Of a stretch of 32,327 bases of DNA, positions 8,084 to 17,786 are shown piece by piece (position 1 is the stretch's first letter; the number at the start of each line of letters is the position of its first letter). The DNA lies in the NCBI GenBank assembly GCA_964580445.1, contig CAZOLE010000002.1:1-32327 (forward strand), given 5' to 3'. A program made the translations under genes and the position numbers. A model generated the notes under the pieces. The model searched no databases and was not told the origin of the DNA. It saw only the letters and a list, made by a program, of their open reading frames with translations. The stretch comes from an uncultured Porphyrobacter sp. GTDB taxonomy: Bacteria > Pseudomonadota > Alphaproteobacteria > Sphingomonadales > Sphingomonadaceae.

Positions 8084-9301
8084 ATGAATGCCGCAGCCAA
8101 TATCAATGATGCAAACGCCAAGGCACCTAATCCCGGCATGGATGGCGAGACTTTCGAACAGTTTGCGCAGCAGCTTGAACGCTATGTGCAAGAGCGGCTG
8201 ATACCGGCCGAACACGATGTCATAGAAAACGACGCAGTGCCGCCTGAAATTGTGCAGGAAATGCGCGATTTGGGTCTGTTCGGGATTAGCGTGCCCGAAG
8301 AATTTGGCGGCGCGGGACTGAATACCACCCAATATGCGCGGATCGTCAACACCATGGGCTATGCTGCTCCCGCATTTCGCTCGATCTTCGCGATCAATAT
8401 CGGGATGTTTGCCAGCGCCTTGAAGAACGGCGCAACACCAGAACAGCAAGCGCATTGGTACCCCAAACTGGTCGAAGGCGAAATTGCCTGTTTTGGTCTG
8501 ACCGAACCAGGTTCTGGCAGCGATTCGGCTGGGCTCGCCACAACCGCGAGGCCTGACCCGGATGGCAATGGCTGGATCCTGAGCGGGACCAAACGCTACA
8601 TCACCAACGCGCCGCATGCTAAGGTTGCGTTGATCTTGGCGCGCACTGAAAAAGAAAACCTGCCGAAGAACGCGCATGTCAGCGCCTTTATCGTGCCAAT
8701 GGATACGCCGGGGGTCTCCACTGGATCGCCGGACAAGAAGATGGGGCAAGCGGGCGCGCATATCTCTGACGTAATGCTCGACAATGTGAAAGTGCCGGGC
8801 GACGCGTTGTTGGGTGGGGAAACGGGCCAAGGCTTCCGTTTTGCCATGCAAAGTTTAGACAATGGCCGGATTTCCGTCGGTGCATCGGCAACCGCCTATG
8901 CCCGCCGCGCGCTCGATTCCGCGCTGCGCTATGCCAATGAACGTCAAGCCTTTGGTGAACCCATTGCGCGGTTTCAGCTGATCCAAGCGATGCTGGCCGA
9001 CAGCGAGACGGAGATTTACGCAGCTGAATGCATGATGCGAGATGTGACGGAGCGTGCAGATCGCGGAGAGAATGTGATCGCCAAAGCCGCCGCGTTCAAA
9101 GTCTTTGCAAGTGAGATGTGTGGCCGCGTGGTGGACCGCGTGGTGCAAATCTATGGCGGCGCGGGATATCTGGCGGAATACGACGCGGAACGCTTCTTCC
9201 GCGATGCACGGATCTACCGGATATACGAAGGCACCACCCAAATCCTTCAGCTTCAGATTGCCAAACATATGCTGCGCGAATGGGAAGCGTTGAACGGATA
9301 A
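8084..9301 (+). CDS. Acyl-CoA dehydrogenase family protein
   Basis: PEEFGGAG, FGLTEPGSGSD, LSGTKRYITNA, KKMG, RQAFG-PI--FQ, QIYGGAGY and RIYEGT (catalytic Glu). Start 8084 follows SD GAGAGGA; alternative ATG 8075. Confidence 0.93.
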   Translation: MNAAANINDANAKAPNPGMDGETFEQFAQQLERYVQERLIPAEHDVIENDAVPPEIVQEMRDLGLFGISVPEEFGGAGLNTTQYARIVNTMGYAAPAFRSIFAINIGMFASALKNGATPEQQAHWYPKLVEGEIACFGLTEPGSGSDSAGLATTARPDPDGNGWILSGTKRYITNAPHAKVALILARTEKENLPKNAHVSAFIVPMDTPGVSTGSPDKKMGQAGAHISDVMLDNVKVPGDALLGGETGQGFRFAMQSLDNGRISVGASATAYARRALDSALRYANERQAFGEPIARFQLIQAMLADSETEIYAAECMMRDVTERADRGENVIAKAAAFKVFASEMCGRVVDRVVQIYGGAGYLAEYDAERFFRDARIYRIYEGTTQILQLQIAKHMLREWEALNG

Positions 9302-9343
9302 GTGGCGCTCGTAGCATAGGCTCCATGCCTTCCAAGGAAATCA

Positions 9344-10585
9344 ATGTACAATCTCCTCAACGACCTCTCGATCATTGAAGTCTCCAGCTTTGTCGCATCG
9401 CCCACTGCCGGACTTTATTGCGCGCAGCTTGGCGCGGAAGTCATCCGCGTCGACCACAAAGCGGGTGGGCTCGATTACGACCGCTATATGCTGACGAAAG
9501 ATGGGCGATCGCTAAGCTGGGAAAACCTCAATCGCGCCAAGAAATCCGTAGCGCTCGATTTGCGCTCTGGCGAAGGACGCGAATTGTGCGTCGAATTGGC
9601 GGCAAAGACCGGTCAATGCATCACAAACCTGCCCGAAAAGAGCTTTCTTAGCCACGACGCGATGAAAGCGGCGCAGCCCGAAGGCGCGCCCGATATGACT
9701 TCTGTGCGGATTATGGGCTGGCATGATGGCCGCCAAGCGATGGACTTCACCGTCAATGCAGCATCCGGCTATCCGTTGATGACCGGGCCGGAAGACTGGG
9801 AGGTGCGAACCGCGCCGCCGGTCAATCAAGTGATGCCCGCCTGGGACTTTATCACCGGAGCCTACGCTGCCTTTTCATTGCTATCTGCCTTACGGCATCG
9901 CGATACGACCGGCCAAGGATCGCAGGTGCGCATACCGCTGGGCGATGTTGCGATTGGCACCGCAGCCAATGCCGGGGTGATGGCAGAGGTGCTTTATCGC
10001 GGCGACGACAGAGAACGGCTTGGCAATGCCATTTGGGGGGCGTTTGGACGCGACTTCCGCTCCAAAGATGGCGTGCGCTTCATGGTTGCCGCTTTGACCG
10101 CAAAGCAATGGTCTGGGCTTGTCAGAGCCTTCGACTTAACCGATGCGGTGAGCGAGCTCGAAGCCAAAGTCGGCGTGCAATTTGCAACCAGCGACGACCC
10201 CCGGTTCAAACATCGCCATGCGCTGTTCGATCTGTTCCAAGGCGCTTCGGACAAGCATGATTATGCCGAGCTTGAAAGGCGAATGGCGGCAGAGGGCTGC
10301 ACATTCGAGAAATACCGCACAAGTCATGAAGCCGCGCGCGACCCGGTGTTGATTGATGACAATCCGCTGTTTGGCCCGTCGCCATCCAATCCTTCGGGCT
10401 TCGAGTATCCGGCGACGCGATCCTTCGCGAACCTACCCGAGCAAACCGTCGGCGATCCAGCGCCTGCGCCCTATCTGGGCGAACATTCCGAGGAGGTTTT
10501 GGCCGAGCGGTTAGGTCTTTCCAGCGGGGCTATTGGCAAATTGGTGGATGCCGGAACCGTTGCGCTTTCTGATAAGGACACCTGA
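9344..10585 (+). CDS. Family III (CaiB/BaiF) CoA transferase, mesaconyl-CoA C1-C4 CoA transferase (Mct)-like
   Basis: SSFVASP, AQLGAEVIR, GGLDYDR, LNRAKKS, DFTVN, PVNQVMPAWD (catalytic Asp position), GAFGRDF and APYLGEH match my recollection of Chloroflexus Mct. Confidence 0.85.
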   Translation: MYNLLNDLSIIEVSSFVASPTAGLYCAQLGAEVIRVDHKAGGLDYDRYMLTKDGRSLSWENLNRAKKSVALDLRSGEGRELCVELAAKTGQCITNLPEKSFLSHDAMKAAQPEGAPDMTSVRIMGWHDGRQAMDFTVNAASGYPLMTGPEDWEVRTAPPVNQVMPAWDFITGAYAAFSLLSALRHRDTTGQGSQVRIPLGDVAIGTAANAGVMAEVLYRGDDRERLGNAIWGAFGRDFRSKDGVRFMVAALTAKQWSGLVRAFDLTDAVSELEAKVGVQFATSDDPRFKHRHALFDLFQGASDKHDYAELERRMAAEGCTFEKYRTSHEAARDPVLIDDNPLFGPSPSNPSGFEYPATRSFANLPEQTVGDPAPAPYLGEHSEEVLAERLGLSSGAIGKLVDAGTVALSDKDT

Positions 10586-11811
10586 TGAGCAGAAGAGCAG
10601 CAATCGTATCGCCTTTGCGCACTCCGGTGGGCAAGTTCCTCGGTAGCCTGTCCAGCCTTAATGCAGGCGACTTGGGCGGCATCATTCTAAAAGCACTGAT
10701 CGAGCGATCTGGCATTGATCCGGCGCGTGTTGATGATGTTGTGTTCAGTCAAGGCTATGGCAATGGCGAAGCGCCTTGCATTGGGCACTGGTCGTGGCTC
10801 GCGGCGGGTCTCCCCGTCGAAGTCCCCGGCTATCAGCTGGACCGACGGTGTGGATCCGGGCTGCAAGCGGTCGCAAATGCGGCTATGATGGTCGAGACCG
10901 GGGTTGCCGATGTGGTGGTTGCGGGCGGGTGTGAAAGCATGTCCAATGTTGAGCACTATTCGACCAACATCCGCAAAGGACAGCGCGCAGGCGATCTGAA
11001 ACTGCATGACAGGCTCGCCCGCGGTCGATTGATGAGCCAGCCGATTGAGCGGTTCGGGGTTATCACCGGGATGATCGAAACCGCGGAGAACCTCGCCAAA
11101 GACTATAACATTAGCCGCGAAGACGCCGATACCTTTGCTGTTCGCTCGCATAAGAACGCTGCGGCGGCTTGGGAACAAGGCAAGTTTGACGCTCAATTGG
11201 TGCCAGTTGATATTCCACAAAGGCGCGGCGATCCCGTGCGGTTCGACAAAGACGAGGGCTATCGCGCCGATGCTTCTATGGAGAAACTCTCTGGACTGCG
11301 TCCGATTGACGTAAAGCGCGATCCGCAAGCGATCGTGACCGCTGGCAATGCAAGCCAGCAAAACGATGCGGCGGCGGCGTGTTTGGTCGTTGCCGAAGAC
11401 AAGTTGGAAGAGCTTGGGCTTGAACCAATGCTGTTCTTCAATGGCTGGGCGGCGGCCGGTTGCGATCCATCGCGCATGGGCATTGGCCCTGTTCCTGCGG
11501 TCGAACGGCTGTTTGAACGAAAGGGGCTAAGTTGGGACGATATCGATTTGGTTGAACTCAACGAAGCGTTCGCGCCGCAAGCACTCGCGGTTCTGAAAGG
11601 TTGGGGCTGGAGCGCGGATGACAGTCGCCGCGACATCGTCAACGTCAATGGCTCAGGCATTTCGCTTGGCCACCCCGTTGGTGCGACTGGCATTAGAATC
11701 CTTGCTGATATGGCACATGAGATGGAGCGGCGGGGCAGCCGCTATGGCCTCGAAACGATGTGTATTGGCGGCGGGCAAGGCATTGCGGCGGTGTTTGAGC
11801 GCGCCCAATGA
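10585..11811 (+). CDS. Thiolase (acetyl-CoA C-acyltransferase)
   Basis: RTPVG, RRCGSG (Cys nucleophile), TAGNAS, NEAF, GHPVGATG and MCIGGGQG; TGATG overlap with the upstream gene. Confidence 0.95.
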   Translation: MSRRAAIVSPLRTPVGKFLGSLSSLNAGDLGGIILKALIERSGIDPARVDDVVFSQGYGNGEAPCIGHWSWLAAGLPVEVPGYQLDRRCGSGLQAVANAAMMVETGVADVVVAGGCESMSNVEHYSTNIRKGQRAGDLKLHDRLARGRLMSQPIERFGVITGMIETAENLAKDYNISREDADTFAVRSHKNAAAAWEQGKFDAQLVPVDIPQRRGDPVRFDKDEGYRADASMEKLSGLRPIDVKRDPQAIVTAGNASQQNDAAAACLVVAEDKLEELGLEPMLFFNGWAAAGCDPSRMGIGPVPAVERLFERKGLSWDDIDLVELNEAFAPQALAVLKGWGWSADDSRRDIVNVNGSGISLGHPVGATGIRILADMAHEMERRGSRYGLETMCIGGGQGIAAVFERAQ

Positions 11812-12665
11812 GCGAATTCGACGCGTGGATAGGGCGCAAGGCGCGCGCAACGGATCGCGTCGACGAAGCATTGGCAACGCGGTGGCTTGCTACGTTTGAT
11901 TTGAAAGCGGGCAGCGCGCCTCTTCCGCAAGGCATTCATTTCGCGTTGTGCACTCCAAATGCATCTTCATCAGATTTGAGCGAAGACGGGCACCCAGCGC
12001 GCGATGAGAGCCCGGACAGCTTTCTTCCGCCTTTCCCAATGCCGCGCCGAATGTGGGCGTCGAGCGCAATTGAGTTTCACGCTCCGATTGCCGTTGGGTC
12101 GAACATAGAGCGGATCAGCCGCGTTGCATCGATCAGCGAGAAGACCGGTTCCAGCGGCAAACTCGCATTCGTCAATATCGCGCATGAGACGCGAGCGGAT
12201 GGCGCATTGGCAGTATCTGAGACGCAAACTGTGGTCTATCGCGATGCAGCGGCGCCCGATGCTCCGCTAAGCCCGCCTGCTTTGGGCGATACAGCATTTG
12301 ACCCGTCTGGGTGGGACGCGCACCGTGCTTTGACGCCCGAACCGCGCTTGCTGTTTCGCTATTCAGCGCTGACCTTCAACACGCACCGCATTCACTACGA
12401 TGCGCCCTATGCTCGCAATGTCGAGCGTTATCGCGGGCTGGTGGTGCATGGACCGCTCACCGCCTCGCTGTTGTTGCAATTGGCCGCGAGCGAGCTTGGT
12501 AACAATGCGTTCAAATCGTTTGAGTTTCGCGGGGTATCGCCGGCCATCGCGAACGAGACGCTGCATCTGGTGACGCGCAAAGGCGATGAAGGCGCATATG
12601 AGATCGGCGCGTTCGCTGATGATGGGCGTAAAGTTATGTCCGCCAAAGCGCGAACTGGCGTTTAA
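11808..12665 (+). CDS. Double hot-dog hydratase, mesaconyl-C4-CoA hydratase / itaconyl-CoA hydratase (Meh/Ich/HTD2)-like
   Basis: WIGR, DGHP, PRRMWA, LLFRYSALTFNTHRIHYD and GLVVHGPL motifs; ATGA overlap with the thiolase. Confidence 0.87.
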   Translation: MSEFDAWIGRKARATDRVDEALATRWLATFDLKAGSAPLPQGIHFALCTPNASSSDLSEDGHPARDESPDSFLPPFPMPRRMWASSAIEFHAPIAVGSNIERISRVASISEKTGSSGKLAFVNIAHETRADGALAVSETQTVVYRDAAAPDAPLSPPALGDTAFDPSGWDAHRALTPEPRLLFRYSALTFNTHRIHYDAPYARNVERYRGLVVHGPLTASLLLQLAASELGNNAFKSFEFRGVSPAIANETLHLVTRKGDEGAYEIGAFADDGRKVMSAKARTGV

Positions 12666-12730
12666 ACACCAGCAACGGTCCTGATCCCCAAGGGCCATGA
12701 ACTATTCACCGCACCTTGGTGGAGACTCGC

Positions 12731-13504
12731 CTAAACCTCATAATCCTTGATCGGCTTGAGAGCTTTATAAGTCTCCTTTTTGGGTTTGCGACCAAGTTCA
12801 GGATACTCAATAGTTGGCGGCTCAACATGGGTGTCAGGCAGACGGTCAAGCAAATCACGGATCAGCGTCAAGCGCCCCAGTTTCTGGTCGTTGAAATCCA
12901 CCAATGTCCAAGGCGCATGTTGATAATGCGTCGCTTTCAACATCGCCTCGCGCGCTTTCGTATAGGCGTCATATTGGTCACGCGCGGCCAGATCGACAGG
13001 CGAGAGTTTCCAACGCTTTAGCGGATCTTCGAGCCGTTCTTTCAGACGTTCTTCCTGGTTGGCTTGATCGGTGGTCAGCCAGTATTTGAACAGCAAAATC
13101 CCATCATCGGTCAGCAGTTTTTCAAACACAGGAACCTGTTCCAGGAATCGGTCCACCTGTCCGTCATCGGCATAGCCCATCACTTTCTCAACGCCTGCCC
13201 GGTTATACCACGAACGGTCGAACAGCACGATTTCGCCTTTGGACGGCAGATGCGAGATGTAGCGCTGGAAATACCATTGGCCCTGCTCCGTTTCAGTCGG
13301 CTTGCCCAATGCCGCGGTGCGACATTGGCGTGGGTTGAGCTTATCGCGCACCGCTCGAATCGCGCCGCCTTTCCCCGCCGTATCACGCCCTTCGAACAAC
13401 ACCGCGATCCGCGTGCCGGTTGTTCGTGCCCAGCGCGCCATGCCCACCAGCTCTTCGTTCAGCGGATCTAGAGCCTTGCGATAATCCTTGCCCTTAAGCG
13501 CCAT
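12731..13504 (-). CDS. ppk2: Polyphosphate kinase 2, single-domain
   Basis: FEGRDTAGKGG (Walker A), QWYFQRY, LFDRSWYNRAGVE and PLKRWKLS. ATG 13504 with GAAGGA SD. Confidence 0.94.
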   Translation of the reverse strand: MALKGKDYRKALDPLNEELVGMARWARTTGTRIAVLFEGRDTAGKGGAIRAVRDKLNPRQCRTAALGKPTETEQGQWYFQRYISHLPSKGEIVLFDRSWYNRAGVEKVMGYADDGQVDRFLEQVPVFEKLLTDDGILLFKYWLTTDQANQEERLKERLEDPLKRWKLSPVDLAARDQYDAYTKAREAMLKATHYQHAPWTLVDFNDQKLGRLTLIRDLLDRLPDTHVEPPTIEYPELGRKPKKETYKALKPIKDYEV

Positions 13505-13561
13505 TGCGTTCCTTCGAGTTTGTCCTTGTCGATTGGCGATGATAGTCTCACTTGCAACACT

Positions 13562-14503
13562 ATGGCTACACTTGCACAATCTGAAACCGATTTTACCGCT
13601 CTGCCGGAGCTGGATTCCAACGTTTTCACCGCGCCGCTCGCGAAACCAGAGCATGTGGGTGAGGACTGGTTGGAGCCAGCGCAAACCGTCTATTCGAGCG
13701 ATGATGACAGCGTTTGGAACGATCTGTTTGCGCGGCAAATGGAGGTTTTGCCCGGACGAGCTGCCAGCGCTTTTATGGCAGGGCTAGAGCGGCTCGATCT
13801 GGCGCGCGGCGGGGTGCCGGAATTCGCGCGGCTTAGCGAGGAATTGGACGCGCTGACGGGGTGGAGCGTGGTGCCCGTCCCGATGCTGATCCCCGATCAC
13901 GTGTTCTTTTGGCATTTGGCCAATCGTCGCTTTCCTGCAGGCAATTTTATCCGCACGCGCGAGACATTTGACTACATCCAAGAACCCGACGTGTTCCACG
14001 ATGTGTTCGGCCATGTACCGATGCTCACCGATCCTGTGTTCGCGGACTACATGCAGGAATATGGCCGCGCCGGATGGAAGGCGATGCGCTACAACCGCTT
14101 GAAAGCGCTTGGGTCGCTTTATTGGTATACGGTTGAGTTCGGCTTGATCGAAGAGGCACCCGGAGACATTCGCGCCTATGGTGCTGGTATTCTATCGGGT
14201 CCGACAGAAGCGGTGTTTGCTGTCGAAGCGCAAAGCCCCAATCGCATCATGCTGGCGGTGGATCGGGTGATGCGCACCGACTATGTAATTAGCGATCTGC
14301 AACCGACCTATTTCGTGATTGAGAGCTTTGAAGATCTCTATCGCCAAACGGTAGAGCGCGATTTCGATCGGCTTTATCGCAACCTTGCGCCGGGTTTCAC
14401 TTACTCGAATTCAGCGATCATCGACGTTGATTACATTGTGAGCAGGGGGACACAGGAATATCATTTACGCGGCGGGCGAGGATCAGGAGCAGATCCGGTT
14501 TAG
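13562..14503 (+). CDS. phhA: Phenylalanine 4-monooxygenase
   Basis: Y-QEPDVFHDVFGHVP (Fe ligands), YWYTVEFGL, YGAGILS and LQPTYFVI. Divergent from ppk2 across 57 bp. Confidence 0.94.
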   Translation: MATLAQSETDFTALPELDSNVFTAPLAKPEHVGEDWLEPAQTVYSSDDDSVWNDLFARQMEVLPGRAASAFMAGLERLDLARGGVPEFARLSEELDALTGWSVVPVPMLIPDHVFFWHLANRRFPAGNFIRTRETFDYIQEPDVFHDVFGHVPMLTDPVFADYMQEYGRAGWKAMRYNRLKALGSLYWYTVEFGLIEEAPGDIRAYGAGILSGPTEAVFAVEAQSPNRIMLAVDRVMRTDYVISDLQPTYFVIESFEDLYRQTVERDFDRLYRNLAPGFTYSNSAIIDVDYIVSRGTQEYHLRGGRGSGADPV

Positions 14504-14520
14504 CGCCAAGTTAGGCGAAG

Positions 14521-14802
14521 TTACTGTTCTTCAAACTCTTCAAAATCAGCGCCTGAGCGGCGATTGAACGCGATGTGATAAACGATCAATGCCACGACGG
14601 CTGCACCGGCACCTGCGCCCAATGCAATCAGCAGCAAGCCGCCCATCATCACCCAGCCATTTATGAACAATCCGACGCCAAGCGCCGCGACAATCGCTAG
14701 CAACATCTGCTGCACAATTGCGCCTGCTTGTTCAGTGCGTCCGAGGATTGAAGCGATCCACCCCAAAAGCGCACCCAACGCGATCAACACCATCAAAGCC
14801 AT
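14521..14802 (-). CDS. Small membrane protein, GlsB/YeaQ/YmgE-like
   Basis: Three hydrophobic segments; N-terminal LGALLGWIAS motif. Confidence 0.65.
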   Translation of the reverse strand: MALMVLIALGALLGWIASILGRTEQAGAIVQQMLLAIVAALGVGLFINGWVMMGGLLLIALGAGAGAAVVALIVYHIAFNRRSGADFEEFEEQ

Positions 14803-14903
14803 TGAGAACCTTGTTCCTCTTTCCAGCGCTCATTGCGCGCCGCTCTTTCACACTACGCAATAGGCGTGTGTTTTGTTCCGATGAAGACTGCTGATCATGC
14901 GAT

Positions 14904-15749
14904 TCAGAAGAAGTACAGCAGCGCGAGGCCCATCGCTATGCGATAGAGGACAAAGATCAACATGGACGCGCGTTTGAGAAAATTCATCAAGAACGCCATA
15001 GTTAGAAACGCCGCGACGAAGGTCATCACGCCGGTGATGATCGCTTCCTGAAGAAGCGCGGCATCGGCTTCAAGCAGATCTGGTACGATCAGCACCCCTG
15101 CCCCCGCGACCGCTGGGATCGACAAAAGGAAAGAGAAGCGCGCAGCTTCAAACCGTCCAAATCCCAATACGCGCGCTGCGGTCATAGTGACGCCAGAGCG
15201 GCTCGTGCCGGGCACCAGAGCCAATGCCTGCGCAAGGCCAACAATCAAACCGTCACGCCACGTCATTTCCTCAAATGTCTTTTCCTCTTTGCCGAAATGA
15301 TCTGCTAGGCCCAACAGGATGCCGTAGAATATGAGATTGAAGGCAATCAGATCGGTGAACCGGATCGACGCAAGCAAATCATCGTCGATGATTGTGATCC
15401 CAAAAAGGCTCGACACCAGCGCATTGAACGCCCCGGTCTTGATCGCCAAGCCCAGAATTACCGCCGGGATCGTACCAAGGATAATCCACCAGAATAGCTT
15501 GCGCTGTTCGGGTGCTTCACCAATGCCAATTGTCGCAAAACCGCCACGCGCTAAGCCTGCTACATCCTTGAAGAAATAGACGATAATCGCCAACAGCGAT
15601 CCGACATGGACGGCAATATCGATCATCGGGCCTTGGTCTTCCGCACCGGTAAAAACCGGAACAAGGATCAGGTGACCTGATGAAGAAATTGGCAGGAATT
15701 CTGTGATTCCTTGCACAATCGCGATGATGAGCATTTGCAGAAATGTCAT
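14904..15749 (-). CDS. uppP: Undecaprenyl-diphosphate phosphatase
   Basis: VQGITEFLPISSSGHL, PGTSRSG and AARFSFLLSIPA motifs. Confidence 0.96.
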   Translation of the reverse strand: MTFLQMLIIAIVQGITEFLPISSSGHLILVPVFTGAEDQGPMIDIAVHVGSLLAIIVYFFKDVAGLARGGFATIGIGEAPEQRKLFWWIILGTIPAVILGLAIKTGAFNALVSSLFGITIIDDDLLASIRFTDLIAFNLIFYGILLGLADHFGKEEKTFEEMTWRDGLIVGLAQALALVPGTSRSGVTMTAARVLGFGRFEAARFSFLLSIPAVAGAGVLIVPDLLEADAALLQEAIITGVMTFVAAFLTMAFLMNFLKRASMLIFVLYRIAMGLALLYFF

Positions 15750-15879
15750 AATGCGCGGTTCTTGGCAGGGCACCGTCGCAAGTCAATATTTCTTTGGTAC
15801 CTCAAGCGCCGGGCGCAGCGATGCTACCGTCAGGTCGCAAGAGCGAGGAAACCACGCGCGGATGCGAGTCCGCAAAAAG

Positions 15880-17688
15880 CTATGCTGCCTCAGTCGCCGC
15901 AAATTGCAGCTTGGCCAGCCGCGCATAGAGGCCAGAGCGCGCGCTCAGCTCTTCATGCGTGCCTTGCTCAGCGATCTCACCTTTATCGAGAACTACAATG
16001 CGATCCGCTTTGCGCACGGTCGCAAGCCTATGCGCGATCACCAATGTCGTGCGCTCTTTCATCAGCGCGTCCAGCGCTTCTTGGACCAATTGCTCACTTT
16101 CAGCATCCAACGCGCTGGTCGCTTCATCAAGCAACAGGATCGGCGCATCGCGCAGTAGGGCTCGTGCGATTGCAACACGCTGTTGCTGGCCGCCCGAAAG
16201 TTGCGCGCCCCCTTCGCCAAGGTAAGTGTCGAGCTGCTGCGGGAGTTCACGAAGGAACCCTTCCGCATTGGCCGCGCGCGCCGCTTCCCAGATCGCTTCG
16301 TCCGATGCGTCCCAACACCCATAGCGCAGATTGTCGCGAGCATTGGCGCTGAACAACACCCCATCTTGCGGGACAAACGCCAACCTTGCGCGGAGCTCAG
16401 CCGGATCGGCGCTAGGCAATGCAACACCATCCAAGCGGATGGTGCCTGCCTGAGGGTCATAGAACCGCTCTACCAGCTGAAAAATCGTGGATTTGCCTGC
16501 GCCCGATGGCCCGACAATCGCGACCGTCTCCCCCGGCTCGATCTCAAGGTTGAAGTCTAGCAAAGCCGCGGTATCCGGGCGGGCCGGATAACGGAAGGTG
16601 ACATTGCGGAAAGACAGGCTGCCACGCGGAGGTGTCGGCAAGTTTTCAGCGCGTTCAGGGGCGGCGATCTCCGGCTCGGCTTCGAGCAGTTCGGCCAAGC
16701 GGCTCGCCGCACCAGCCCCGCGCAGCAAATCGCCATAGACCTCGGTCAGAGCGCTAAAAGCGCCAGCAACGATCATTGACCCGACCAGGAATGACATCAG
16801 CGTGCCCGGTGTGATCGCACCGACAGATACCGATTCCGCGCCGCGCCACAACAAAAGCACAATCGAACCAAAGATCACAAAGATAATGATTGCGGTCATC
16901 AACGCACGCAGGACGATCCGTTTTCGCGCTGTGTCGAAAGTTTGTTCCACCGCCTCGCCGAAGCGATCAGCTTCGCGCGATTGTTGGCCGAAGCTTTGCA
17001 CCACTTTCATGGCGGAAAGCACTTCGGTCACCATCGCTCCCACATCTGCCACGCGATCTTGGCTGTCGCGCGAAATGGTTCGGATGCGACGACCAAAAAT
17101 CATGATTGGTAGGATTGTTAGAGGAATTCCAACCGCAAGCCAGACCGTAAAGCCGGGAAGCAAATAGAGCAGGTAGATCGTCCCCCCAATGCCCAGAAAG
17201 ACATTACGCAGAGCGACCGATACTGTTGTGCCAACGACAGTTTCAATAATCGCCGTGTCCGATGTCATCCGGCTGGAAATTTCCTTTGGCGAATTTTCTT
17301 CATAGAATGCCGGCGACATTCTGAGCAGGTTGCGGTGCACTTTGCGGCGAACATCAGCCACAACGCGTTCTCCGATCCAGCTGACAAAATAGAACCGCGC
17401 GGCTGTGCCAAACGCAATTACCAACACAATCATGCCGAGATAGCGGAACCACCGAGCTATTTCGCCCACGCCTGCGACAGCGCCGAAACCGCGATCGACG
17501 ATCAACTGAATGGCAGCCGGTATGGCCAGCGTGCCCGCCGCAGTCACAGTAAGCGCGATCAGAGCAAACACCACTTGTTTGGGGTACTTGGCAGCCTCAC
17601 GATACACCATCCTAAGCGGCGCGAGCGAACGGCTCTTCGCTTTGGTTTGCTCATCGCTTTCGGGGGATTTCTGGAGTTCGACGGTCAT
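15880..17688 (-). CDS. ABC exporter, fused permease/ATPase (MsbA-related)
   Basis: N-terminal TM domain; GPSGAGKST, LSGGQQQRVAIARA, ILLLDEATSALD and IAHRL. Confidence 0.94.
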   Translation of the reverse strand: MTVELQKSPESDEQTKAKSRSLAPLRMVYREAAKYPKQVVFALIALTVTAAGTLAIPAAIQLIVDRGFGAVAGVGEIARWFRYLGMIVLVIAFGTAARFYFVSWIGERVVADVRRKVHRNLLRMSPAFYEENSPKEISSRMTSDTAIIETVVGTTVSVALRNVFLGIGGTIYLLYLLPGFTVWLAVGIPLTILPIMIFGRRIRTISRDSQDRVADVGAMVTEVLSAMKVVQSFGQQSREADRFGEAVEQTFDTARKRIVLRALMTAIIIFVIFGSIVLLLWRGAESVSVGAITPGTLMSFLVGSMIVAGAFSALTEVYGDLLRGAGAASRLAELLEAEPEIAAPERAENLPTPPRGSLSFRNVTFRYPARPDTAALLDFNLEIEPGETVAIVGPSGAGKSTIFQLVERFYDPQAGTIRLDGVALPSADPAELRARLAFVPQDGVLFSANARDNLRYGCWDASDEAIWEAARAANAEGFLRELPQQLDTYLGEGGAQLSGGQQQRVAIARALLRDAPILLLDEATSALDAESEQLVQEALDALMKERTTLVIAHRLATVRKADRIVVLDKGEIAEQGTHEELSARSGLYARLAKLQFAATEAA

Positions 17689-17769
17689 TGCCCCGCGATG
17701 TAGGCGCTCGCCGCAGAGATTTCACGTGCAAATGGCGCAAAAACCCCCGCAATCAGAGACGCCTTACAA

Positions 17770-17786
17770 ATTGTGCATTGCACAAT
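17770..17786. promoter_or_regulatory. Palindromic operator, probable PhaR-binding site upstream of phaZ
   Basis: ATTGTGCA-T-TGCACAAT is a perfect 8-bp inverted repeat. Its core TGCATTGCACAA fits the TGC-N3-GCA type PhaR motif. Confidence 0.7.

Noticed and set aside
9344-12665. Reading Mct/Meh-like genes as evidence of autotrophic 3-hydroxypropionate bi-cycle carbon fixation
   Set aside because: No mcr, pcs, mcl or mch in the window, and the ACAD/thiolase context points to catabolism.
13505-13738. N-terminal extension of the ppk2 ORF in the track
   Set aside because: It overlaps phhA on the opposite strand; ATG 13504 has a good SD and gives a normal-length PPK2.
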